A stretch of 64,000 nucleotides of DNA, taken from IMG/VR virus record IMGVR_UViG_3300043748_000039, positions 7,899 to 71,898 of that record, one strand, 5' to 3'. This document shows positions 28,019-36,524 of the stretch, one piece after another. A model generated the notes under the pieces. The model did no database searches. It was not told where the DNA came from and was given only the letters and a program-made list of their open reading frames with translations. The DNA comes from a virus (Duplodnaviria > Caudoviricetes). Numbering within the stretch: position 1 is the first letter of the stretch; every line of letters begins with the position of its first letter. Both the position numbers and the translations under genes were made by a program.

Positions 28019-29251
28019 TTGAGCACGCAGCCCATCACCCTGGCCTTCGCGGGTTCCGCCGACGTCGACCCCGAGAACGTGAAGGACCTGCTCAACGACC
28101 TCGTCGGCCTTGGCGACGAGGACAAGGACGGCTTCTTCGCGCCCAGTGACCGCGACATCAACCTGATCTTCCCGATCACCCGCGAGCACCTGTCCGACGG
28201 CCTGGAGGCCGTGCTCGCCTGGTCCGAGAAGGCCGACCTCCCGTACGTCGCCGTCGCCGACAACAAGCGCAGCCGCGCCACCGAAGGGTTTCTCACGGAC
28301 GCCGAGGAGGTCGTCCACGCCGCCAACGTCACCGCCGGGGTCGTCGACCTGCTCAAGAAGGCTGACAGTGCGGGCGACGAGGTCCACCTCATCCTGCTGT
28401 GGGGCGACGAGGGCAGCCCGGAGGCCGAACTCCTCCTCGACGCGGCTGAGCAGGCTGGCATCAAGGCCAAGGACCTGACGGAAGGACTCGACGACATCAG
28501 TTTCGGTGAGCAGCCGCAGGCCGAGCCGGAGCCGGAAGAGGAGCCCGCGCCGGAGCCCGAGCCGGAGGAGGCCCCCAAGCGTGGTCGCCGTCGCGGCCGT
28601 CGCGCCGAGCCCGAGGAGGCCCAGCCGGAGGAGGAGCCGCTGACCGAGGACGAGCCGGAGGAGCCCAAGGAGGAGAATCCCCGCCGTCGCGGTCGCAAGG
28701 CCGACCCGGAGCCGGAGGAGCACCCGGTCGAGGAGGACATCCGCCTCCAGAAGGAGGAGGAAGAGGCGAGCCTGGAGCGGCAGATTAACGCCGCTGCGCA
28801 GCAGGCCCAGCGCGCGGCCCAGCCGGTCCCCGTGGAGCACTACGAGGACGCCGTCGTCTACAACGTGCTGCTCGACGCCTTCAACGCTTTCCGGCTGGAG
28901 GACGAGCGCAACGCGGTGATCAACGGTGCGCCCGTGAAGTACCGTCCGCTGACCGACCGGCTGTCCGAGGCGCTTAATATCTACGCCTCCGAGTGGGACA
29001 AGTCCGCCCCGGCGGCCCCGCAGGAGAAGGACGCGGAGCCGGAGGACTTGTCGGAAGGTGACAAGGAGGACGAGCCGACGCGTCGGCGTCGCGGCCGTCC
29101 GCGCGACGAGTCCAAGAAGTTCGCTTTCCTGGTCGACGAGGAGGGCAACTACACCCGACGCGGTCGCGGCCGGATCCCGGCCGGACAGGAAGTCGTCCAC
29201 CTGACCCGGGCGGAGATCGAGGAGAAGGGCCTCGAACTCGACGGGGAGTAA
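28019..29251 (+). CDS. acidic protein with repeated basic RGR patches (histone-like / nucleoid-type candidate)
   Basis: TTG 28019 after GGAG (track start 27938); globular N-terminus, then EP/EE low complexity with KRGRRRGRR, RRRGRK, RRRRGRPR, RRGRGRIP. Confidence 0.75.
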   Translation: MSTQPITLAFAGSADVDPENVKDLLNDLVGLGDEDKDGFFAPSDRDINLIFPITREHLSDGLEAVLAWSEKADLPYVAVADNKRSRATEGFLTDAEEVVHAANVTAGVVDLLKKADSAGDEVHLILLWGDEGSPEAELLLDAAEQAGIKAKDLTEGLDDISFGEQPQAEPEPEEEPAPEPEPEEAPKRGRRRGRRAEPEEAQPEEEPLTEDEPEEPKEENPRRRGRKADPEPEEHPVEEDIRLQKEEEEASLERQINAAAQQAQRAAQPVPVEHYEDAVVYNVLLDAFNAFRLEDERNAVINGAPVKYRPLTDRLSEALNIYASEWDKSAPAAPQEKDAEPEDLSEGDKEDEPTRRRRGRPRDESKKFAFLVDEEGNYTRRGRGRIPAGQEVVHLTRAEIEEKGLELDGE

Positions 29252-29260
29252 GTGAGCAAC

Positions 29261-29319
29261 GCAAAGGCCCCCGGCGCTGAAGAGGTTCGAGACCTCAATT
29301 CACTGCCGGGGGCCTTTGC
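29261..29319 (+). promoter_or_regulatory. long hairpin upstream of replication initiator
   Basis: Perfect 15-bp stem GCAAAGGCCCCCGGC (29261-29275) / GCCGGGGGCCTTTGC (29305-29319) enclosing GAGGT/ACCTC. Confidence 0.7.
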
Positions 29320-29370
29320 CCACCACACCCCGAGGCCCACCACAAACCCCGAGATGGGAGTAAACCTAAC

Positions 29371-29412
29371 ATGTCCAGCCGACTTAATATCAACGGCGGG
29401 GTCGCCGAGTGA
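29371..29412 (+). CDS. putative leader minigene MSRLNINGGVAE
   Basis: GGGAG upstream; TGA 29410-12 overlaps GTG 29409; carries CTTAATATC in frame. Confidence 0.4.
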   Translation: MSSRLNINGGVAE

Positions 29413-30485
29413 GCATCCTCCGCGTCAAGCGCACCAAGGGGTACACGACAATCCCCAACTCGACGCTGTGCGACCACCGCCTGTCCTTCCGCGCCCGGGG
29501 CGTGCTGGCTTTCCTGCTGGCCAAACCGGACGACTGGGAGACCCGCACGACCGACCTGCCTGAGCACGGCAGGGAAGGCCGCGACGCGGTCCGTACGGCC
29601 CTGAAGGAACTCCGCGACCTCGGCTACATGGACCAGGAGCGGGAGCAGTACAGGGACGACGAGACAGGCAAATGGCTCTGGCGTACGGTCACGATCGTGC
29701 GTGATTTTCCGGAGCCTGAAAACCCGACTTCGGAAGTGGTTCCGGAGACGGATTCTCAGTCGTCGGAAACTAGTTGGGATATATCAACTCGACAGGGTGC
29801 TTCCGAAGACGGGTTTTCAGGCGCTCCCCTACTGTCTAACTACCTAACTACTAGTAGTGAAGTAGTTAATGAGAAGACTACGTCTTCTCCACCGCGCCGG
29901 TCGGCGCGGTCGGAACCAGGGGAAGTCGAGGACGTCTCCGGGAGGCCGGGCGGTAAGGGCTGGGATGCTGTTCGCCCGGTCTACCGGCCGAAGAGGAAGA
30001 CCAGGAAGCAGCAGGCGGAGGAAGCCGCCCTGGCGGAGAGGGAACTCGACCCTGCGTACGTCGTGGGCCAGGTCCTCGGTGAAGACGGCTCGGGAAGCAG
30101 CCAGGATGTCCGTCTCCCGGCTTCAGGTGATGACATGGCCCCTCCGGTCCAGCGATCTCCTAAGAAGCGCTCTCAGCGGCCTTCGGAGGCTTTGGCTTCG
30201 TTCTTCGAGACGCGGGCCAAGGAGGTGGGTCATCCGGTACCCGGTCCGGTCAACCTCGGAGCGCTCTCTAATCACTTCGGCAGGTGGATGCGCGAGGGTG
30301 CCGACCGGGAGGCCGTCCGGCAGATGATCATCACCTACTGGTCCTCGTCCTGGAACCGCTCGGAGAACGTCCCGGCCTGGAAGGACTTCCTCGCCGCCCG
30401 TGGACTGCTCACCGAGCGGAAGGCGAAGGTCGAGACGACCAAGCGGGTGGAGGACACCCGGTACGACACGGACTTCTGGTCCTGA
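29409..30485 (+). CDS. replication initiator with N-terminal helix-turn-helix
   Basis: 'YTTIPNSTLCDHRLSFRARGVLAFLLAKPDDW...GRDAVRTALKELRDLGY'; directly upstream of DnaC-like and DnaB genes. Confidence 0.75.
   Translation: MSILRVKRTKGYTTIPNSTLCDHRLSFRARGVLAFLLAKPDDWETRTTDLPEHGREGRDAVRTALKELRDLGYMDQEREQYRDDETGKWLWRTVTIVRDFPEPENPTSEVVPETDSQSSETSWDISTRQGASEDGFSGAPLLSNYLTTSSEVVNEKTTSSPPRRSARSEPGEVEDVSGRPGGKGWDAVRPVYRPKRKTRKQQAEEAALAERELDPAYVVGQVLGEDGSGSSQDVRLPASGDDMAPPVQRSPKKRSQRPSEALASFFETRAKEVGHPVPGPVNLGALSNHFGRWMREGADREAVRQMIITYWSSSWNRSENVPAWKDFLAARGLLTERKAKVETTKRVEDTRYDTDFWS
29714..29890. other. candidate replication origin inside initiator gene
   Basis: 23-bp inverted repeat (29714-29736 / 29800-29822, one mismatch); inner AGTTG-GGATATAT-CAACT; AT-rich CTAACTAC repeats / GTAGTTA at ~29836-29870. 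Confidence 0.45.
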
Positions 30486-30489
30486 CCTC

Positions 30490-30521
30490 AAGGGGCGGGC
30501 TGCTTCGGCGGCTCGCCCCTT
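30490..30521 (+). terminator. stem-loop with UUCG loop after initiator gene
   Basis: AAGGGGCGGGCTGC-TTCG-GCGGCTCGCCCCTT. Confidence 0.6.
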
Positions 30522-30576
30522 ACGTCTTCCAGTTAATGTCTTCCGAAAGCCGTAATGTGTGGTAGCCTCCTGAGCG

Positions 30577-31263
30577 TTGAACCACCACCACATCGAGGAG
30601 GACATCTTGGCGACCGACCCCCGGGTCCACGCCCTGCGCATGAAGGAGTACGGCGTCCCCGCCTACTACCGGCACCTCCGGCTTAACACCTGCGACTCAC
30701 CCTGGCGCAAGGACTGCCAGGAGTGGGTCGACCACCTCCAGGACCACTACGTCACCGACCGGCGGCCCCTGGAGCACTACCCGGCAGACTGGAGCCAGAT
30801 CGGCAAGGGGATCCTCTTCGTCGGCCCTCCCGGCACCGGCAAGACGTCCCTGGCCACGGCCACGCTCCTGGAGTGCTACCACTCCCGCCGTGTCCCGGTG
30901 CACTTCATCGCCTACGCCGACTACATCAAGTGGTCCAACGAGCAGCGGGGCCTGGCCGACCGCAAAGAGCCCGAGGCCGTCCACCGCTGGTGGGAGATCG
31001 AGGACACCCTCAACGCCGCCCGCATGGCGCCCGTGCTGCTCCTGGACGACGTCGGCAAGGAGCACCGGACCAAGACGGGCTACGCCGAGAACGAGCTGGA
31101 CGCGCTGCTGCGCCTCCGGCACCGCGAGGCCCGGCCCACGCTCATCACCTCCAACGTCCCGCCGAGCAAGTGGGGCGACGTCTACAACCCGTCCATGGGC
31201 TCCTTCATCCAGGGGGCCTTCACCACCCTCACGATGATCGGGGACGACCGCCGTGCTGCCTGA
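30577..31263 (+). CDS. DnaC/IstB-like AAA+ helicase loader
   Basis: Walker A GPPGTGKT, Walker B 'LLLDDVGKE', 'TLITSN'. Confidence 0.85.
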   Translation: MNHHHIEEDILATDPRVHALRMKEYGVPAYYRHLRLNTCDSPWRKDCQEWVDHLQDHYVTDRRPLEHYPADWSQIGKGILFVGPPGTGKTSLATATLLECYHSRRVPVHFIAYADYIKWSNEQRGLADRKEPEAVHRWWEIEDTLNAARMAPVLLLDDVGKEHRTKTGYAENELDALLRLRHREARPTLITSNVPPSKWGDVYNPSMGSFIQGAFTTLTMIGDDRRAA

Positions 31264-31327
31264 ACTGTTGACTTCCCACAAAACCACGGGACTTAATACC
31301 CGGCTCCGCAAGGCGGAGCGCACCTGA
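31253..31327 (+). CDS. putative minigene (24 aa)
   Basis: GTG 31253 after GGGGA; TGA 31325-27 overlaps ATG 31327; carries CTTAATACC in frame. Confidence 0.3.
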   Translation: MLPELLTSHKTTGLNTRLRKAERT

Positions 31328-31782
31328 TGGAACGGGGCGACATCTCCAACGAGGTCGTCCCGCGCCTGGTCATCGCGTACGAAGGCATGCTCGGCGTCCT
31401 GCCAGAGAAGCCGGAGCGCGTACACGAGCTGGTTGCCCGCAAGTTCGGGCGCCGCGCTCGCATGGCCAAGCGGACCGTGGACGCGTACGAGATCAACGAC
31501 CGGTTGGCCCGGGTCATCTGGGACACCACCTGGCGCTTCCGCTACTCGGTCGACGTCGTCACCTACCTCGGTGATGACGCCGTCGAGCCCCTGGAAGAGC
31601 GCCTGGACCGCGAGGGGCTCCCCATCGGCCGCGTGTGGGCCGACACCCCCGAACGGCTTGCCCGGCGCCTGCCCTACATGCCGGACGTCGCCGCGATCTT
31701 CGACAACGAACACCACCTGATCTACGGCAGCAAGGGCCGGACTCTGCCCGCTGCACCCACCACACTGATCGGAGCACTGTAA
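31327..31782 (+). CDS. hypothetical protein (possible HAD-like fold)
   Basis: 151 aa; 'LVIAYEGML' start; coupled to helicase gene. Confidence 0.7.
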   Translation: MERGDISNEVVPRLVIAYEGMLGVLPEKPERVHELVARKFGRRARMAKRTVDAYEINDRLARVIWDTTWRFRYSVDVVTYLGDDAVEPLEERLDREGLPIGRVWADTPERLARRLPYMPDVAAIFDNEHHLIYGSKGRTLPAAPTTLIGAL

Positions 31783-33048
31783 GTGGCGGACTTCGAGCGC
31801 CTGCTCGTGTCCCGCGTCATCCAGGACAAGGACCTGGGAGACGTCGCGGACGCGGGCATCACCCCGGCATTCTTCGGCGACCCCGACAACAAGGCCGTCT
31901 TCAAGGCCATCCTCCGGCACAAGGGCACCTACGGCGAGGTGCCCAGCCTCGCGACCATCAAGACGGACTTCCCGACGTACAAGTTCGTGCGCGTCGAGGA
32001 CTCCGTGCAGGTCCTCACCGACCGGCTGCGCGCCCAGCACACCCTGGACCTCCTGGAGCAGGGCCTTGCCGAGTCGGTCGACGCCCATGAGGAGGGCAAC
32101 GCCGACAAGGCCATGGCGGCCCTCGCCAAGACCCTCTCGGACATCGCTGCGGCCGTACCCAACACCCGCGACACCGACCTCACCACGACCGGCACCGAGC
32201 GCCTGGCCCGCTACCTCGCGCTCAAGGACCTCCCCGACGGCCTGCGAGGAATACCCACCGGCTTCCAGACCATCGACCGCGCCACCCAGGGCTTCCAGAA
32301 GGGTCAGTTGATCACGTTCGTCGGCCCGCCCAAGGCCGGTAAGTCCACGCTGCTCCTGCTGGCCGCCATGGCCGCGCACCTCTTCGGCGTGAAGGTCCTG
32401 TTCATCAACTTCGAGATGAGCAACGAGGAGCAGGAGGAGCGCTACGACGCCATCCGCGCGGGGATTTCCCACGCCCGCCTGCGGAACGGAACGCTGAAGA
32501 AGCAGGACTGGGACCGCCTGGAAAAGGCCATCCGGGAAATCGAGAACATGCCGTCGTTCTTCCTGTCCTCGGACACGATGAATGCGACCACGCTTACCGG
32601 TGTGCAGTCGAAGATTGAAACACTGCGCCCGGACATCGTGATCGTTGACGGTATCTACATGATGCAGGACGAACTCGGAGAGCCGCAGGGTTCGCCGCAG
32701 GCGCTTACGAATCTCACCCGTGGATTCAAGCGCATGGCGAAGAACCAGGACAAGCCCATCATCATTTCCACCCAGGTCCTGGAATGGAAGATGAACAAGA
32801 AGAAGGGCATCACGTCCGACTCCATCGGTTATTCGTCATCCTTCGCCCAGGACTCCGACGCCATTCTCGGTGTCGAGAAGACCGACGACCCGAACATCAA
32901 CAAGATCAAGGTCGTCCTCGCCCGTAACTGCCCGCCCCTGGAGACCTTCGTCCAGTGGGACTGGGAGACCGGGAAGTTCGAGGAACTGAACGAGGACCCC
33001 TTCGCCATGGAGGAGGAGAACACCGATGGCTGGCAGGGATCCTTCTGA
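31783..33048 (+). CDS. dnaB: replicative DNA helicase (DnaB-like)
   Basis: 'GIPTGFQTIDRATQGFQKGQL..GPPKAGKS', 'FINFEMS', 'DIVIVDGIY', 'AQDSD', 'ARNCP'. Confidence 0.92.
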   Translation: MADFERLLVSRVIQDKDLGDVADAGITPAFFGDPDNKAVFKAILRHKGTYGEVPSLATIKTDFPTYKFVRVEDSVQVLTDRLRAQHTLDLLEQGLAESVDAHEEGNADKAMAALAKTLSDIAAAVPNTRDTDLTTTGTERLARYLALKDLPDGLRGIPTGFQTIDRATQGFQKGQLITFVGPPKAGKSTLLLLAAMAAHLFGVKVLFINFEMSNEEQEERYDAIRAGISHARLRNGTLKKQDWDRLEKAIREIENMPSFFLSSDTMNATTLTGVQSKIETLRPDIVIVDGIYMMQDELGEPQGSPQALTNLTRGFKRMAKNQDKPIIISTQVLEWKMNKKKGITSDSIGYSSSFAQDSDAILGVEKTDDPNINKIKVVLARNCPPLETFVQWDWETGKFEELNEDPFAMEEENTDGWQGSF

Positions 33049-33325
33049 GCCCCGCCTGGTGGTCCTCGCCGGGAACTTCCGGGAGTTCCAGTTCTGGTGC
33101 CGGGAGAACAACCGCAATCCCCGTGACCGGAATCTGATCTACGCCAGCGAAATGCACCGGCTTCAGGGCCTGGGAAAGGTCCGCTACATCACGTACGGAA
33201 CCTGGTACCTGCGGCGAGACGCCTTCGAAATCCACGAGTACCTGATTTACCTGGTGAGGAGACAGGAATGCCTAGAGCAAAAGCCGGATGGGATGCAATC
33301 GGAAACCCCATCCCTGGAAACGTGA
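33026..33325 (+). CDS. hypothetical protein
   Basis: 99 aa ORF bridging helicase and primase, overlapping both. Confidence 0.45.
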   Translation: MAGRDPSEPRLVVLAGNFREFQFWCRENNRNPRDRNLIYASEMHRLQGLGKVRYITYGTWYLRRDAFEIHEYLIYLVRRQECLEQKPDGMQSETPSLET

Positions 33326-34233
33326 CGGCCTGCCTCGACACCATCGGCCTCGACTACAAGGTCCAGGGCGACGAGATACACATGCCGTGCCCCATGCATG
33401 AGGCGCGCACCGGAAAGAAAGACGCACACCCATCCTTTTCCATAAACTACGACGAGGGATATTTCAACTGCTTCTCCTGCGGATACCGTGGGGCCTTCTG
33501 GATCCTCGTCCGCGACGTACTCGACCTGGATACGCCGGACGCCAAGAACTGGGTACGGCGCCGGGGAGGGGCGGAGCGCGTCCGCAAGTACCTGGAGAAG
33601 AAGAAGGAGCAGCGGCCCAGCCAGGTCGACACCACCAAGCAGATCAATGAGGCGTCGCTGGCCCTGTACACCACGCCGCCGCTGTCCGCGTGCGCCGACC
33701 GGCTCTTCCTGCCGGAGGACGCCGAGGCGTGCGGGGTGATGTGGGACCCGGCCCGGGACATGTGGATCATCCCGGTCCGCGACCCCGACACGGGCCTGCT
33801 GTGGGGCTGGCAGGAGAAGAACAAGCGGTACTTCCGCAACCGGCCTCCGGGCATGGCCAAGTCCAAGACGCTATTCGGACTGCACACCTACGACGCCGAC
33901 GTGGCTGTGCTGGTCGAGTCGCCGCTGGACATCGCCCGGCTGTGGACCTGCGGGATCCGGGGCGGCCTGGCTGCCTACGGCGCTGGAGTCTCCGACGCGC
34001 AGATGTCCCTGATCCGCGACCACTTCGACACGGTCATCGTCGCCCTCGACAACGACGAGGCCGGGGCCGAGGCGTGCAGGCGCCTCCTGGAGGAGTGGAC
34101 CGGCCGGGGCCTGACCCTCAAGTTCCTCGACTACTCCGTGGCCCCCAGAGCCAAGGACGTCGGCGAGATGACCGCCGACCAGATCAAGGCCGCTGTACGC
34201 GGCGCCTACTCATCCGTCGTCGCCCGCTTCTAG
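33268..34233 (+). CDS. DNA primase (CHC2 zinc finger + TOPRIM)
   Basis: 'CPMHE...PSFSIN...FNCFSCG', 'VLVESPLD', 'ALDNDEAG'. Confidence 0.9.
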   Translation: MPRAKAGWDAIGNPIPGNVTACLDTIGLDYKVQGDEIHMPCPMHEARTGKKDAHPSFSINYDEGYFNCFSCGYRGAFWILVRDVLDLDTPDAKNWVRRRGGAERVRKYLEKKKEQRPSQVDTTKQINEASLALYTTPPLSACADRLFLPEDAEACGVMWDPARDMWIIPVRDPDTGLLWGWQEKNKRYFRNRPPGMAKSKTLFGLHTYDADVAVLVESPLDIARLWTCGIRGGLAAYGAGVSDAQMSLIRDHFDTVIVALDNDEAGAEACRRLLEEWTGRGLTLKFLDYSVAPRAKDVGEMTADQIKAAVRGAYSSVVARF

Positions 34234-34242
34234 GAGATCACC

Positions 34243-34287
34243 ATGACCCGGCTTAATACCTGCCCCCGCAAGGGGGACCACCGATGA
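34243..34287 (+). CDS. putative minigene MTRLNTCPRKGDHR
   Basis: AGGAG (34232-36) then ATG 34243; TGA overlaps ATG 34284; carries CTTAATACC in frame. Confidence 0.45.
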   Translation: MTRLNTCPRKGDHR

Positions 34288-34580
34288 AGGCACCCGAAGG
34301 CTACGAGCACCTGGGCCAGGAGTTCTGGGACCGCGTCGTGCCGGACCCGGACAGCGACTGCCTCATCTTCCAGTCCAACGCCACACGACCGCACTACGGC
34401 GGCAAGACCCTCCTGTCCTTCCTGACCGGAGGTGACGGCCGCCAGAAGCACCGCGCGTGCAGGCGCCGGATGTGCGCCAACCCGGACCACATCGCGGACG
34501 GCCACTTCGAGATGGGCACGCCGTACGCCCCGCGTACGCGCTCGACCCGTCAGTTCTCCCGCCAGTACAGCCAGTGCTGA
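34284..34580 (+). CDS. degenerate HNH-endonuclease-like protein
   Basis: 'DCLIFQ...HYG...HRAC...CANPDHI' resembles the zinc-binding loop of HNH homing endonucleases. Confidence 0.5.
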   Translation: MKAPEGYEHLGQEFWDRVVPDPDSDCLIFQSNATRPHYGGKTLLSFLTGGDGRQKHRACRRRMCANPDHIADGHFEMGTPYAPRTRSTRQFSRQYSQC

Positions 34581-36214
34581 CGGTCGACCTGCACGGCTAT
34601 CAGGAGTCGGCGGTCGACCGCGCTGTGGAGCGCGGCTCACTCCTGATCGCGTACGAGATGGGCCTGGGCAAGACCGTCATCGCCCTGGCCGCCATAGAGG
34701 AGCTGCTGGAGAAGGGGGAGGTCGAGACCGCCGTCATCGTGGTCCCGGCCAACCTCAAGTACCAGTGGGCCAAGTCCATCGCCCGCCTCACCGACGTGCC
34801 GACCCGCGTGGTCACGGTGCGAGAGGACGGGATGAAGCAGGAGATCACTGTCCCGACGGAGGAGTACTGCCTCCTGATCGACGGCGACGCCAAGAAGCGC
34901 GCCGGGCTGTACGCCAAGGTCAAGGCGCTCCGGCCGGAGTACGTGATCCTCGGCTACGAGAACGTCGTCAACGACTGGCAGTTCGTGAGGAGGATCAAGC
35001 CGGAGTGCATCGTGCTGGACGAGTGCACCGCGATCAAGACGTTCCGGGCCCAGCGCACCCGGAAGATCAAGCGGCTCACCGCCCCGTACCGCTTCGGCAT
35101 GACCGGCACCCCGGTCGAGAACGGCAAGCCCGAGGAACTGTTCAGCATCATGCAGTGGGTCGACGACCAGGTCCTCGGTCGGTTCGACCTGTTCGACAAG
35201 ACCTACATCGTGCGCAACAAGTTCGGCGGCGTGCAGAACTACAAGAACCTGCCGGTGCTGCACGCCAAGCTGGCCGAGGTGATGGTGCGCAAGACGCGGC
35301 TGGACGACGACGTCCGGCCATACCTGCCCGAGGTGCAGGAGTCCGTCATCCCGGTCACCCTCGACGGCAAGACGAAGGCGGCGTACAAGACCATCGCGGC
35401 CGACCTGCTCGCCGAGCTGCGGGCGGCCGGGCCGACGATGGGTGACTTCGACCTGTTCGCCCACTACCACGGAGGAGACGCGGCCAACGAGAACAGCCAG
35501 CAGGGCAAGATCATGAGCCGCATGCAGGCACTCGACATGCTGCTGAACCACCCGGACCTGATCGTCATGTCCGGGCAGCAGTATGAGGAGAGCCAGGAGG
35601 CACGCTCACGCGGCGCCGAGAAGAAGGTGTGGCCCGGCTCGAAGTACGCCTACGAGGTGTGGCAGAGCGGGATCCTGGACGACGTCACCACGTCCCCGAA
35701 ACTGGACGCCGTGGCGGCAGCGATCGAGGACATTCTGGCCGTGCCCCGCAACAAGATCATCGTGTTCAGCGTCAACCCCGACATGCTGGACCTGATCGGG
35801 GACCGGCTGCCGGAGGGCTCCTTCGTCACCTACACCGGCCGCATGTCCTCGGCGGCCAAGGCTTATGCCGCCCAGCGGTTCGAGTCCGACGAACAGTGTC
35901 GGGTGTTCCTCTCCAGCCACGCGGGGGCCTTCGGCACGGACCTGTACATGGCGAACTACCTGCTGAACTACGACCTCGCCTGGTCGGCCGGGAAGCAGGA
36001 CCAGATCAACGCCCGGCACAACCGGGCCAGCAGCACGTTCAAGGACATCTACATCCTGAACGCCATCACCCAGGGCACCACCGAGCCGCGCAAGCTGGCC
36101 ATGCTGGCGCACAAGAGGCGGGTCGGCAGCGCCATCACGGACGGGCGCGGGGCCGATGAGAAGGGCCGGATCGAGAACGACGTCCAGACCCTGACTCAGT
36201 GCCTCGCGGCGTAA
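34574..36214 (+). CDS. SF2 (SNF2-type) helicase
   Basis: GTG 34574; 'YEMGLGKT', 'DECTAIK', 'MTGTPVEN', 'LNYDLAW...DQINARHNR'. Confidence 0.9.
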   Translation: MLTVDLHGYQESAVDRAVERGSLLIAYEMGLGKTVIALAAIEELLEKGEVETAVIVVPANLKYQWAKSIARLTDVPTRVVTVREDGMKQEITVPTEEYCLLIDGDAKKRAGLYAKVKALRPEYVILGYENVVNDWQFVRRIKPECIVLDECTAIKTFRAQRTRKIKRLTAPYRFGMTGTPVENGKPEELFSIMQWVDDQVLGRFDLFDKTYIVRNKFGGVQNYKNLPVLHAKLAEVMVRKTRLDDDVRPYLPEVQESVIPVTLDGKTKAAYKTIAADLLAELRAAGPTMGDFDLFAHYHGGDAANENSQQGKIMSRMQALDMLLNHPDLIVMSGQQYEESQEARSRGAEKKVWPGSKYAYEVWQSGILDDVTTSPKLDAVAAAIEDILAVPRNKIIVFSVNPDMLDLIGDRLPEGSFVTYTGRMSSAAKAYAAQRFESDEQCRVFLSSHAGAFGTDLYMANYLLNYDLAWSAGKQDQINARHNRASSTFKDIYILNAITQGTTEPRKLAMLAHKRRVGSAITDGRGADEKGRIENDVQTLTQCLAA

Positions 36215-36279
36215 CTTCCAGGATCGCATGGCGCACGTCGAGTGGTTCTAAAGCCGTAATCGCATGGCACCATCAAGGT

Positions 36280-36414
36280 ATGCGAGAAGAACCACTCGAC
36301 GTGCTGCTCCGTGAGGGGTTGGAGCACGTCATGCACCCCCCCGAGGAGCAGGAGGACTGGGATCTGACCCCCGTCCGCCTGGCGCTCCGAGGTGACATCG
36401 CCGACCGCTGGTGA
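36280..36414 (+). CDS. small hypothetical protein
   Basis: 44-aa ORF after an AAGCCGTAAT site; normal codon usage. Confidence 0.35.
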   Translation: MREEPLDVLLREGLEHVMHPPEEQEDWDLTPVRLALRGDIADRW

Positions 36415-36441
36415 TCCTGTAAAGCGGATGCGTTAGATCCG

Positions 36442-36470
36442 TTGACATACCGTAACGCTCTGCGTAGAGT
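36442..36470 (+). promoter_or_regulatory. near-consensus sigma70/HrdB promoter
   Basis: TTGACA-N17-TAGAGT upstream of gene 36525 (RBS AGGAGG). Confidence 0.75.
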
Positions 36471-36524
36471 CGACCTCGTAAGAAGCAATCGAACGAAGGA
36501 TCGAACAGCACGCAGGAGGACGGC

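Noticed and set aside
29252-29563. 103-aa track ORF across the hairpin
   Set aside because: Atypical codons, spans the 15-bp stem and overlaps the initiator by 155 nt; better explained as a leader region.
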